A stretch of DNA of 64,000 nt, from positions 17,858,001 through 17,922,000 of the forward strand of contig CM075988.1 of the NCBI GenBank assembly GCA_038087875.1, written 5' to 3'. The translations under genes and the position numbers were made by a program. The notes beneath the pieces were generated by a model. It saw only the letters and a list, made by a program, of their open reading frames with translations. It searched no databases and had not been told where the DNA came from. Of this stretch, positions 50,320 to 62,471 are shown piece by piece (the first letter of the stretch is position 1; every line of letters starts with the position of its first letter). The stretch comes from Malacoraja senta (lineage: Eukaryota).

Positions 50320-51394
50320 TGTTTGTGTGCGTATGTATATATATATATACGTTTTGTGCGTGTGTGCGTGTGTATATATACATACACGCGTTTGTGTATA
50401 TATACACAAACAAAAACACATATACAAGTTTGATACAGATGTTGGCTGACCCACTGAGTTTCTACTGGCATTTTGTGTTTGTGTGCCTCCTTTAACTCCA
50501 GGTCCCGACTCCTCTTTCAAGAGGATACAAAATACACAGCAGATGTGAAGAGCTGGGAATTGCTGCCAGTGTCCCCGGGTCAACTTGCCTCTTCACCAAC
50601 AACACTCACCCAACGAGGATGACGACATTGTTAGTGGGAGCTTATGGCACATTTGGCTGCATGTTTCCTGCATTAATGCATGTCCCCAAAAAGCACCTTT
50701 GGATGTTCTGGAAACCTGCTTCATAAATTGAAGTCACTTGTTTTGAATAAATAAGTGAACAGTTCATAGCAAACAAGTTTTTGCTCAATGTGTAGGAAGG
50801 AACTGCAGATGCTGGTTTATACCGAAGAAAGACTCAAGGTACTGGAGTAACTCAGCGGGTCAGGCATCATCTCTGGAGAACATGGATTGGTGACGTTCTT
50901 AGGACCGGATCCTTCTTTAGTTTTTGGTCAAAGCGGAGTTACACAAGTCACAACAGTGAGCGTTCACCCACACGACCAGAATCAACGGTAATCCCAACGT
51001 GAAAGTTTGCAAGAACCTTTTTGCCAAACTTTGCAGGAAACCTCGCGATTGAGATAGTGTGCAGAAGCAGGTCTTACAAACGCCCACAGTTCAGGGCCTG
51101 CTGTATGATCACACACGCACGAGCACGCATGCATGCGCACACACACACATCCACTGCCCCCTCGCCAAACAACCCCCCTGTCCACTCACCCCTCTCTCCT
51201 CCCTCCTTATACGGACAACTCTCCAACACCCCCATCTCCCCCCACCCCTTCCACAGATCTCTCTTCCACCCCCCTGAATGCTGACCACACTCCCACCCAC
51301 CTCCCTCATTCATGAACCCTCATATCCCCCCCCCCCCCACCTTGGACCCTCTCCACTGTCCACAGCCCCTCCCCCCTCCCATCTCATGAATCTC

Positions 51395-51832
51395 TGGGGG
51401 TGAGGGTGGATGAGGGAGAGGGTGAGGTGAGAGTGGGGGTGAGGGTGGGGTGAGGGTGGGGGTGAGGGTGAGGGAGAGGGTGGGGTGAGGGTGGGGTGAT
51501 GTTGAGGGTGGGATGAGGGTGGAATGAGGGTGGGTGGGATGAGGGTGAGGGTGAGGTGAGGGTGGGGTAGGGTGAGGGTGGGGTAGGGTGAGGGTGGGGG
51601 TGGGGTGAGGGTGAGGGTGAAGGTGGGGTGGGGTTGAGGGTGGGATGAAGGTGAGGGTGGGATGAAGGTGGGGTGAGGTGAGCGTGAAGGTGGGGGTGAG
51701 GGTGGAGGTGAGGTTGGGGGTGAGGGTGAGGTGAGGTGAGGGTGGGGTAGGGTGAGGTGAGCATGAAGGTGAGGTGAGGGTGGGGGTGAAGGTGGGGGTG
51801 AAGGTGAGCGTGAAGGTGGGGGTGGGGGTGGG
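51395..51832. repeat. G-rich low-complexity array based on (TGAGGG)/(GGTGA)/(GGGGT)
   Basis: Direct reading. Confidence 0.9.
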
Positions 51833-52149
51833 CACGAGGAATCTGGTTCGTGTTTGTGGAGGAATCTCTACGATTGAGCAGCTTCTTCTGTGCAAAAAGG
51901 AACCGATACTTTCAACAGCTTTTGAACGGATTTGCTGAGATGCTGTGGCCCGATTATAAATAGCAACTTGCCTCTACATAAATAGTCATTCTTAGTCATC
52001 TAAATCGGGTTACGCTTGGGTGGTAGATTAACACAGTGATTAATAAAGCTTATTTTTAGTGATAAACACACTTTCGGCAGCATGAGGCAAAATGACTCAA
52101 GAATTGTTTTTTTGCAAGCTCAGTCATCGTGTGGAGACTGGGTGTGGGG

Positions 52150-52602
52150 GATGGAGGAGAGATGTAGAGGGGGTGGGGGAGAGAGAGGTGGGGGAGAGAG
52201 AGGTGGGGGAGAGAGAGGTGGGGGAGAGAGAGGTGGGGGAGAGAGAGGTGGGGGGGAGAGTGGTGGGGGAGAGAGGTGGGGGAGAGATGTAGAGGGGGTG
52301 GGGGAGAGAGAGGTGGGGGAGAGAGTGGTGGGGGAGAGATGTAGAGGGGGTGGGGAGAGTGGTGGGGAGAGAGGTGGGGGAGAGAGGTGGGGGAGAGATG
52401 TAGAGGGGGTGGGGGAGAGAGAGGTGGGGGAGAGAGTGGTGGGGGAGAGAGGTGGGGGAGAGATGTAGAGGGGGTGGGGGAGAGTGGTGGGGGAGAGAGG
52501 TGGGGGAGAGAGGTGGGGGAGAGATGTAGAGGGGGTGGGGGAGAGTGGTGGGGGAGAGAGGTGGGGGAGAGAGGTGGGGGAGAGAGAGAGGTGGGGGAGA
52601 GG
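52150..52602. repeat. G-rich purine minisatellite based on GGTGGGGGAGAGAGA
   Basis: Direct reading; 13-15-nt units with a recurring GATGTAGAGG variant. Confidence 0.9.
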
Positions 52603-53540
52603 AGTGCAGGGGACGAGAGAGGTGTAGGAAGTGGGGGTAGAAATCGCCACTCCGGCTGTGACTTGGTGCTGGATTATTGGTCGTATCACAAATGGAAACT
52701 TGCATGTCAGATGTCTGTATCTGCGCGTGTGTGGATAGTGTTAGGTATACGGGGTAATCACTAGTCGGGGAGGACCCGGTGGGCCAAAGGGCTGTTTCCC
52801 CGCTGTATCTCTAAAGTCCCAGAAACATCCTAATCTTCTCTGCACTTTGTCCAGCCCCTCGCCACAGACTGATGCCACACTGAGGCAAGAGACTGCGACT
52901 GTGGAACAGGCCGGGAACAGATGACAAGTTGCTGACGACAATTGCAAACAGCACACACTCACTCACGGCTCAGCGGGGCCATCGTGTGGTCAGATGGTGC
53001 ACTGCAGCACGACACAACGAGCATTCAATCTTCAACATTAACCTTTGAGTTAAGTGAATAATAGGATGATACTTTATTGTTACATGTGACATGTCACAGT
53101 GAGATTCTTTGTTTTACATACCCAAGGTAGGCAGAGAGTCGCCACATGGGAATGTCTCGGCCATTAATAACAACTCTTACAAATTCAATTATCCAGGTTT
53201 GGCAATTCCACATTTCCCAATAGATTTATGAAGAGATCCTGACATTTATACAGCAGAATCAACATTCTGCTGATGCCCCACAATCTATCCAAGATATTAT
53301 CTACAAGAACTGTTTGGTGTATTATTTTAGGTAGATGAATTTGGTAAAATTATTTCTATTAGTTCCTGGTCCAGACAAATGTTCAGTTTCGGGACGGGTG
53401 ACAATGAAACTCTTGTAGCTACGTAACACAACTACAGATCTGAACAATGCATTGCATAATTTATGGGCACGTTTATCAGAGGGGACACAGTAACGGTGGT
53501 GGGTGCTGGTGGGGAGGGGGGGGGGGGGGGAGAGCCTCAC

Positions 53541-53646
53541 CATAGATGTCGGGGCCGTGGGGGGTGAAGACGTTGTAGACAATGATGCCCAGCGGAGCCA
53601 CCACCAGTCGCCCGTAGTAGTAGCTGTCCACCGCCACCAGAGGGAG
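53541..53646 (-). CDS. ALG9: ALG9 coding exon (approx. exon 8, 106 nt); LPLVAVDSYYYGRLVVAPLGIIVYNVFTPHGPDIY(G)
   Basis: DSYYYG and YNVF..GPD.YG motifs; acceptor tcacag, donor gtgagg. Confidence 0.96.
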
Positions 53647-54635
53647 CTGTGAACCAGGAGACACATCTACATTTAGATAGCGCCTTACCCAGCCTCCCAC
53701 CACCTCAAAGCTTCACAACGGACGAAGGACTTCTGGGGGCACAGTCGTTGTTGAAATTTGGGGGCCGTGGCACCGCAAGCCCTGACCAACAGCGAGGGGT
53801 CAGGGCACATCTGTGCTACAATGAAGACAGTGAAACATTTCCGGGACACCACAAGGAATTTGTCACATCGGTGTCCCGGCATCTTCGGTGGCAACAGGTA
53901 TCTCCAAATGGATCTCTACTTCTCACCCACCAGGCATTAGCTCCCAGCTCCACCCCACCCCCACCCAGCTCCATCTGCCCGCCACACCCTCCCCCCCCCC
54001 CCGCAACCTGTCAGCCCCCAACCTCCCCCCTCCCCCCCCACCCCTCTTCATATCAACTGTCTGCCTGCAACACACTCAGTCCAGATGCAGGGATTCGACC
54101 TGAATCTGCAACCTTCCCTCTGCCTCCATGGATGCTGCCCGATTACTAATTTTTGTATATATGTGTGTGTATTTGTGAGTATGTATATATATACACACAC
54201 ACTGAACTTTTTTTTCGCTCTCGTTTATTATATTGTTTCCAGTGTACTATGTTTACATATTCTGTTGTGCTGCAGCAAGTAAGAATTTCATTGTTCTATC
54301 TGGGACACACGACAATAAAACACTCTTGACTCTTGTCGGTACACGTGACAATAAACTAAACTATATGAACTATTTTCAAATCTGTAGCGGTACTTTTAGA
54401 AGTGAACAAATTTAAACAGTCAGTTGTTCTCCAGTGATCTAACGGGGAGCATGGTCCACACACCAACAGCAAGGCTGTCGATTGAGAACACAAAAGGAGT
54501 CAGCTCCTGAGATGTCTGTGGGGATGCTGTTTGCTTCACCTGCTCTGGTTTCATTTGCTACACTTTGTGAGTGGTCAGTGCAGTGATCCAGACCTAGGCT
54601 GGAGGAGGTCATTCTGTGATCATCTTCCCACTTAC

Positions 54636-54723
54636 CAGGAAAAGCAGGAGAGACACAACTGTCCAGGTAATAAAACTCTGCAGCTTCCTCTTCAGTATCA
54701 GCAGGTCAAACGCTATCGGCAGC
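54636..54723 (-). CDS. ALG9: ALG9 coding exon (approx. exon 7, 88 nt); LPIAFDLLILKRKLQSFITWTVVSLLLFL
   Basis: Not in the ORF track; found by manual translation. Acceptor ctgcag, donor gtaagt; matches LPIAFDLLVMKHRWKSFFHWSLMALILFL. Confidence 0.93.
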
Positions 54724-55796
54724 CTGCAGTAAGAGAACAAGTCATTAGATTACACAAAGAACTGCAGATGCTGGTCTCTAAAAATAGCCACAAAAGTGCT
54801 GGAGTAACTTAGCGGGTCAGGCAACATCTCTGGAGAACATGGATAGGAGAAGTTAGGCACAAAATGCTGGAGTGACTCAGCAGGGACAGGCAGCATCAAT
54901 GGAGAGAAGGACAATAGACAATAGGTGCAGGAGTAGGCCATTCGGCCCTTCGAGCTAGCACCGCCATTCAATGTGATCATGGCTGATCATCCCCAATCAG
55001 TACCCCGTTCTGGGTGACGTTTGGAATGAGTGACGTTTCAGGTCGAGACCCTTCTTCAAATACTGCCTGTCCCGCTGAGTTACTCCAGCATTTTCGGCCT
55101 ATTTTTGGTTTAAACCAGCATCTGCAGTTCCCTCCTATGGATAGGTGACTTGTTGGGTTGGGACCCTGCTCGAAGGCCCAGAAGGGTCCAGACCCGATAC
55201 GTCACATATCCATGTTCTCCAGAGATGCTGCCTGACCCGCTAAGATACTCCAGCACTCTGTGTCTATTCTTTTTAAAGTTATTGGATTAACTTTGTTAAT
55301 ATCTACTATGAAGAAACATTATGAGACCACTCAGAAAACAGCAGGTTGAATAAACACAGCAAAGCTCAAGGTAAACAGAAGACCAGGTGGGGTTTTCTCC
55401 ACAGAAATGAATGCAAAGGGTTGTGAGCCATGAAACAAGCCTTAACACAACAGGAGAAGCACGACTGGCTGGAACATGGGGTATTAATTGATCAGAGCAC
55501 TTTTGTTATGGTCTGCATTGCTACAGTGTACCGGCTACTAAAGAGTTAAACAATAGATTTTTAGAATTTTAATTCTGAATTTTAGAATTAGAATTTTAGT
55601 TTTATTACATTACAATTTGGTTACAAAATCAAAAACAGAAGAGGGGATTGAATGGTGGAGTGGACCCGATGGGCTGAATGGCCTAATTCTGCTCCTATGT
55701 TTTATGGTCCTGTTGTGCTGTATCATTCAGCAACCCCCACGCACTAACCCGAGGTTGACCAGTGTAGCAGGGAGTCGCGTTGGAGGAGGCCCTTAC

Positions 55797-55932
55797 CCAA
55801 GGACGGCGCTGAAGGGCCATCCGACGATGGCTCCGGCCGCCACGCCCAGCACCGCCACCGCGTCTCGCTCCGTGAACCAGCCCGTCATGGCGATCAGTGT
55901 GGTGTACATGCAGAAGCTGCTGGGAAGCAGGG
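55797..55932 (-). CDS. ALG9: ALG9 coding exon (approx. exon 6, 136 nt); (A)LLPSSFCMYTTLIAMTGWFTERDAVAVLGVAAGAIVGWPFSAVL(G)
   Basis: ALG9/GT22 motifs LPSSF and GWPF; acceptor after a (CT)n tract ending ttgcag, donor gtaagg. Confidence 0.96.
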
Positions 55933-56512
55933 CTGCAAGAGAGAGAGAGAGGCAGAGAGAGCAATGGGCCACAGTCCCGGTGGGTGAGGGTGGGGGGCGG
56001 GGGAGACATCGGGCAGGGTCGATACCAAGGGCAGTGAGGGGGGGATACATGGGGCAGCAACCCAAGGGGAGTGAAGGGGGAGGGAAGAGAGACACGGGGC
56101 AGGGACATCAATGACAGTGGGGGAGGTGTTGGGGGGAAGTTCACTCATCCCTTTCCACCCAAACCACCTCCTCCCCAGGTATTTTCCCCTTCAACCACAG
56201 GAGATGAACACCTGCCAATATACCTCCTCCCTTACTTCCATCCAGGAACCACAATAGTCCTTTAGGTGGGACAGAGTTTCACATGCACCTCCTCTAACCT
56301 CATCTACTGCATCCGGTGTTCCCGATGTGACCTCCTGTACAGCAGGCTTTCCCCTTGCATTTAACCTCCAAAAACACAACACCTCACTCTTGTCCAGATT
56401 AAACTCCACCCAAATTTCCAACAGGTCCATATCCTGCTATATTCTTTGACAACCTTCCTCACGATCCAAACCTCTGCTTATTAATTAGAACTGCATTTTT
56501 ATCCAGATCCTT

Positions 56513-56557
<45 letters not shown>

Positions 56558-56560
<3 letters not shown>

Positions 56561-58173
56561 TGGCTTGCAAAAGTATTCATACCTCTTGAACTTTTCCACA
56601 TTTTGTCACATTACAACCACAAACGTAAATGTATTTTATTGGGATTGTATGTGATAGACCAACACAAAGTGGCGCATAATTGTGAAGTGGAAGGAAAATG
56701 ATACATGGTTTTCAAATTTTTTTACAAATAAAAAATGTTAAAATGTCGCGTGCAAAAGTATTCAGCCCCCTTTACTCTGATACCCCTAAATATAATCCAG
56801 TGCAACCAATTGCCTTCAGAAGTCACCTAATTAGTAAATAAAGTCCCCTTGTGTGTAATCTAATCTCAGTATAAATACAGCTGTTCTGTGAAGGCCTCAG
56901 AGGTTTGTTAGAGAACATTAGTGAACAAACAGCATCATGAAGCCCAAGGAACACACCAGACAGGTCAGGGATAAAGTTGTGGAGAAGTTTAAAGCAGGGT
57001 TAGGTTATAAACAAATATCCCAAGCTTTGAACATCTCACGGAGCACTGTTCAATCCATCATCCGAAAATGGAAAGAGTATGGCACAACTGCAAACCTACC
57101 AAGACATGGGCGTCCAACTAAACAGACAGGCCAGGCAAGGAGAGCATTGTTCAGAGAAGCAGCCAAGAGGCCCATGGTAACTCTGGAGGAGCTGCAGAGA
57201 TCCACAGCTCAGGTGGGAGAATCTGTCCACAGGACAACTATTAGTCGTGCACTCCACAAATCGGACCTTTATGGAAGAGTGGCAAGAAGAAAGCCATTGT
57301 TGAAAAAAAGCCATAAGAAGTCCCATTTGCAGTTTGCCACAAGCCATGTGGGGGACACAGCAAACATGTGGAGGAAGGTGCTCTGGTCAGATGAGACCAA
57401 ACTTGAAGTTTTTGGCCTAAATGCAAAACGCTATGTGTGGCGGAAACCTAACACTGCACATCACCCTGAACACACCATCCCCACTGTGAAACATGGTGGT
57501 GGCAGCATCATGCTGTGGGGATGCTTTTCTTCAGCAGGGACAGGGAAGCTGGTCAGAGTTGATGGAAGATGGATGGAGCCAAATACAGGGCAATCTTGGA
57601 AGAAAACCTGTTAGAGTCTGCAAAAGACTTGAGACTGGGGCGGAGGTTCACCTTCCAGCAGGACAACGACCCTAAACATACAGCCAGAGCTACAATGGAA
57701 TGGTTTAGATCAAAGCATATTCATGTGTTAGAATGGCCCAGTCAAAGTCCAGACCTAAATCCAATTGAGAATCTCTGGCAAGACTTGAAAATTGCTGTTC
57801 ACAGACGCTCTCCATCCAATCTGACTGAGCTTGAGCTATTTTGCAAAGAAGAATGGGCAAAAATTTCAGTCTCTAGATGTGCAAAGCTGGTAGAGACATA
57901 CCCCAAAAGACTTGCAGCTGTAATTGCAGTGAAAGGTGGTTCTACAAAGTATTGACTCAGGGGGGCTGAATACTTTTGCACGCGACACTTTTCAGTTTTT
58001 TATTTGTAAAAAAATTTGAAAACCATGTATCATTTTCCTCCCACTTCACAATTATGCACCACTTTGTGTTGGTCTATCACATAAAATCCCAATAAAATAC
58101 ATTTACGTTTGTGGTTGTAACGTGACAAAATGTGGAAAAGTTCAAGGGGTATGAATACTTTTGCAAGCCACTG
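56558..58173 (+). mobile_element. Full-length Tc1/mariner DNA transposon (IR/DR type, Passport-like), 1616 bp
   Basis: About 213-bp TIRs (56558-56770 / 57961-58173) starting CAGTGGCTTGCAAAAGTATTCA, with the direct repeat GCAAAAGTATTCA at both ends of each TIR; TA flanks within a (TA)n tract. Confidence 0.96.
56937..57955 (+). pseudogene. Tc1 transposase (DD34E), single frameshift near 57565
   Basis: ORFs 56937..57614 and 57569..57955 join into a ~339-aa protein: [31 protein letters not shown]; 34 residues between the second D and the E. Confidence 0.93.
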
Positions 58174-58194
58174 TATATATATACTACAGACAAG

Positions 58195-59210
58195 AGGTCC
58201 CAGCACTGATCCCTGCAGAACACCACTGTCTCCTGTCTTCTAGAGCTAAGCCATCTTCATATCCAACTCACCATGTGACCTACTCTTCTGGACCAGCCTA
58301 GCCCGGGTAACCTTGTCAAAAGTCCATGTAGACAACATCCACTGCCATATCCTCACCAATTATCTTTGACACTTCTTCAAAAAACTCAGTCAAACTTGTG
58401 AGACAGGAAGGTCGACACAAAAAGCTGGAGTAACTCAGCGGGACCGGCAGCATCTCTGGAGAGAAGGAATGGGTGACGTTTCATGTCAAGACCCTTCTTC
58501 AGACAGGACCTCTCCTGCAGAATGTCACGCATATTATCCCATATATATCCATGCTTTTCCAAATACGACTCAATCCTACCCCCAAGAATCTTCTCCAATA
58601 GTTTCCCTACCACGGATGTAAGGCTCGCTGCCCTATGATGTCCTTGTTCATCTCTATTGCCCTTCAACGCACATCACTGGCTATTCTCCAGTTCTCTGGG
58701 AGCTCACCTGTGGCTATAGTGGATACAAAGATCTTCGTCAAGGCATCTGCATTCTTCTCTCTTGCCTCTATCAATAACCTGGGATAGATCCCATCAGACT
58801 GTGGGAACTTAACCACCTTAACGTTCTTCAAAAAACCCAACACCCATCCTTCTAGATATCAACATGCGCAAGCATCAGCTTACCCCTCCCTGATCTCTCC
58901 ATCCTCCTTTATCTTTGCCTTGGGTGAATACAGTGGCAAAGTTCTCTTTGAGGACCTCACCCTCTTCCTCCGGCTCTGAGCATAGATTCTCTTCTTCCGT
59001 CCTTGACTGATCCTACCGTCTTCCCAACTACCCACCTGTTTCTAATACATAAATAAAATTATGCCTTGGATTCTCTTCAATCCAGCTCACCAAGGACATT
59101 TCACGGACCCTCTCGGCCCTCCTGATTCCCCATTTAAGTTCTCCCTCGCTTCCTTTATGTTCCTCAGGGGCTTCAGGGTCTGATCTCAGCTTCCAAAACC
59201 TTACATCTGC
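58195..59210 (-). mobile_element. Decayed CR1 RT-region fragment with an inserted Penelope module (~58405-58503)
   Basis: SLTSVVGKLLEKIL and, on the minus strand, DVVYMDF-like gatgttgtctacatggactttg. Confidence 0.75.
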
Positions 59211-59318
59211 TAACTGACGAAGCCAAACAAGGAAGGTCCAATCACTCCCAGATTCCCCCGACCCCGTCTCATCCTGGGTGTTACTCTGTCCGTTTGGACA
59301 AGACTACCCGTGACTTAC

Positions 59319-59407
59319 CCGCAGCGGAGCAGAACATTCCCGTACTCAAAACCAAGAACGCCAACATCAGCCGCCCCACATGGAGACCAAACTTCTTGCA
59401 AACGGCT
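59319..59407 (-). CDS. ALG9: ALG9 coding exon (approx. exon 5, 89 nt); AVCKKFGLHVGRLMLAFLVLSTGMFCSAA
   Basis: Within ORF 59281..59490; acceptor ttctag, donor gtaagt; phase 2 in, phase 1 out, consistent with neighbours. Confidence 0.95.
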
Positions 59408-59681
59408 CTAGAACACAAACCAGCAGACTGTCCGTTAGTACCAAGGGGTGCTGAGAAAAAGAAACAGCGCTCTGCCCCAGTCATTAACAATCGTCTAAAT
59501 ATCAGGACTCATTTGTTCAGGGTCGGGAGGTCAGTGACGGCGGGGGCTGACAAAGGTTGTCAAAGAATACTGCAGGATATAGACCAGTTGGGTGGAGAAA
59601 TGGCAGATGGAGTTTAATGTGGACAAATGTGAGGTGTTGTGTTTTTGGAGAATAAATGTGACAGGGTTATTGTCCAACCCT

Positions 59682-60084
59682 TTATTTTAATTTAAACAAA
59701 AATAATTACAGTAATATGTACAATTCTAAATGATTCAAAACAAAGCCCACCACCATAGTACAAGTAAAACAAATATTCTTAAATTACTATTTCCCCATCC
59801 ATGTTACGGACGCATTCAACACCCCACGGTGCCCGGCGGTCCCGCAAATCCCCCATGGTGCCCACGGACAGTGGGTGGTCCTTCTCTAAAACCACCCGGG
59901 TGCGAACCTGGAACCCCGGAAAAGGGGCAGGCAGCCGGCTCGGGCTTCCGCCAGGCACCATGGCACGCGGATGGCCAGCTTGGCCAGGCCCAGGAGCAGC
60001 CCAACCAGCACAGCTTCAGCCCTACCCTCTCCGCTACGCACAGGGTGTCCAAAGATGAGGATGGTGGGTGTGAAGTGCAGCCCC
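59682..60084 (-). mobile_element. Tx1-like LINE 3' fragment with 14-bp TSD
   Basis: Minus-strand translation LHFTPTILIFGHPV...VLVGLLLGLAKLAI; TATTGTCCAACCCT at 59668-59681 and 60085-60098. Confidence 0.8.
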
Positions 60085-60206
60085 TATTGTCCAACCCTGA
60101 CCCACGCTGAACGCAGGAGGCACCCCGGACAAGGAAGGTCCAATCTCACAGTTTTTTAATATTCTTATCAAGGCAGGAACACATCCGAGACACTATGCTG
60201 ACTTAC

Positions 60207-60277
60207 TTGTAAAAGTACAGCTCGCAAACACAGCAGAAGAAGGCTAAGAGACATCGCAAGAAATAGAAGACAAGTAC
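60207..60277 (-). CDS. ALG9: ALG9 coding exon (approx. exon 4, 71 nt); VLVFYFLRCLLAFFCCVCELYFY(K)
   Basis: Acceptor tttacag, donor gtaagt; matches ALG9 ILVFYFLRCLLAFVSCICELYFYK; phase 0 in, phase 2 out. Confidence 0.95.
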
Positions 60278-60428
60278 CTGTAAACAGAAACACCCGTTGT
60301 GATAAAGCCAACTGTGGATTAAACTTTAATTATCAATATGATATTAAACAGCACGTTTATTGTTGTCAATGCAGTTTCACAAAGTGCGCTCAACCTTTCT
60401 CTGCCCCTGAACAAAGCTCAACCACTAA

Positions 60429-60751
60429 GGGTGCACAGTGGTGCAGTGGTAGAGTTGCTGCCTTACAGCGAATGCAGCGCCGGAGACCCGGGTTCGATCC
60501 CGACTACGGGCGCTGTCTGTACAGAGTGTGTACGTTCTCCCCGTGACCTGCGTGGGATTTCTCCGAGATCTTCGGTTTCCTCCCACATTCCAAACACGTA
60601 CAGGTTTGTAGGTTAATTGGCTTGGTAAATGTAAAAATTGTCCCTAGTGGGTGTAGGATAGTGTTAATGTGCGGGGATCGCTAGTCAGCGCGGATCCGGT
60701 GGGCCGAAGGGCCTGTTTCCGCGCTGTATCTCTAAACTAAACTAAACTAAA
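60429..60751 (+). mobile_element. tRNA-derived SINE (HE1/V-SINE-like), best-preserved copy
   Basis: A-box TGGTGCAGTGG, B-box GGTTCGATCC, CR1-like stem-loop GGGCCGAAGGGCCTG, (CTAAA)4 tail. Confidence 0.9.
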
Positions 60752-61384
60752 GCAGGATATAGATCAGATGGAAATAGGAGCTAAAAAATGGCTGATGGGG
60801 ATTAAGTGTGAGTTGTTGCACTTAGGGAGGTCAAATATAGGATCCTCAGGAGCACTGATGTTCAGAGGGATTGTTGGCTGCAGGGGCAGAACTCTGAAAC
60901 TGGCAACACAAGTGGAGAGGGTGGCAAAGATGGCTCTATGGTTTTACACTGTGTTTGTTCAGTAATCGTCACTTTCTGGAAGTGACAGGTATTACATCTA
61001 ACCTCGGGTAATTAGGATGCTCTCCTTCGGATAGAGACCGGGGAAAGCTGTAGTGTAATTGTACACAATGGTGCAGAGCTCTGACTGAGAATAAACTGCT
61101 GAGAATTGGGAAAAGATAATTGGAAAAAGACTCATTGAGAATAGGAACTCTTTTGTGAAAAGCAGCAAGTCGTGCTGTGGAGGGGCTGCCGTAAAGTGCA
61201 AAAGAAGCAGATTCAATTGAGACATTCCCTCGGGAATTGGAAAAGGTTGCAATGTGGTGAGAAACGAGCAGTGTAGCGGCAGTAATTGGCAGCTGCATCT
61301 GACGATCGATCGGCTGAAGCTGCAGGTATCCGTGATTGACAAAACGCCAAGTGCTCTGTGCACAGAGATACAGCGTACTGTTCA

Positions 61385-62140
61385 GTTTAGCTTATTGTCA
61401 CGTGTACCGAGGTACAGTGAAAAGTTGTTTGTTAAGTGCTATCCAGCCAGCGGAAAGAATAGACATGATTACAATCGAGCGTCCACAGTGTACAGATAAA
61501 GGATAAAGGGAATAACATTTAGTGCAAGATAAAGTCCGGTATAGTCGAAGGAATCTCCAATGAGGTAGATGTTAGCTCAGGACTGCTCTCTAGCAGGTGA
61601 TAGGATAGTTCAGTTGCCTGATAACTGTTGGGAAGAAACTGTCCCTGAATGTGGAGGTGTGCGTTTTCACACTTCTGCACCTCTTGCCTGATGGGAGAGG
61701 GGAGAAGAGGGAGTGGCTGGGGTGAGACTGATCCTCGATTAAGTTGCTGGCCTTGCCGAGGCAGCGTGAAGTGTAGATGGAGTCAATGGAAGGGAGGTTG
61801 GTTTGTGTGACCACCTTGGCTGTGTCCATAATTATCTGCCACTTCTTGTGGTCTTGGATGGAGCTGTTCCCAAACCGTGCTGTGATGCATCCCGTTTAAA
61901 ATGCTTTCTATGGCGCATATGTGGAAGTTGGTGAGAGTTGTTAGGGACATGCCGAACTTCCTAGGCCTTTTAAGGAAGTAGAGGCGTTAGTGAGCTTTCT
62001 TCACCATTGCTTTGTTACGGTTAGTCCGGGATAAGTTGCTGGTGATATTTACTTCTGGCAAGTTGAAGCTTTCAACCATCTCTACATCAGCGCTGTCAAT
62101 GTATACCAGGGTATGTGTACCGCTTTACTTCTTGGTCGAT
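61385..62140 (-). mobile_element. Rex1/Babar-like LINE 3' fragment
   Basis: LPSIDSIYTSRCLGKA..I.D.SHP.HSLFSPLPSGKR.RS...FRDSFFP; 3' UTR shared with 24720-24917. Confidence 0.82.
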
Positions 62141-62471
62141 CACAATCTCTTTTGTCTTGCGCCATGGCATTCAGTGGTTCTCAGGCTCTGGAGCCATGGC
62201 TGAAGGTCACACACAGACCTCCTGTAATTTAGACAAGGGGATTCCATGGCAGAGAACAAACAACATCAACAAGAGTGTGGATGGGAGCTGAGAGTGACCA
62301 AGACTTGGTCGGAACTATTTAACAGGCATGAACTCAACCAGCTGGCCGTTGGCAACATTCCTGCAACTTCCATGCTCGGCTTAGTCCCAGATTTATTGAA
62401 ATGACAATGTGGATTGGAGCTCCCGTCTCCAGCTTGCCTGCCGTTTTATCAACCACCACGCATGTAAATAA

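Noticed and set aside
51320..52764. Pro/Ser-rich extensin-like and GGERG-repeat ORFs
   Set aside because: Low-complexity repeats that stay open in several frames; no splice or homology support.
60429..60510. tRNA gene
   Set aside because: The A and B boxes belong to a SINE head that continues into the SINE body and CR1-like tail; no complete cloverleaf is evident.
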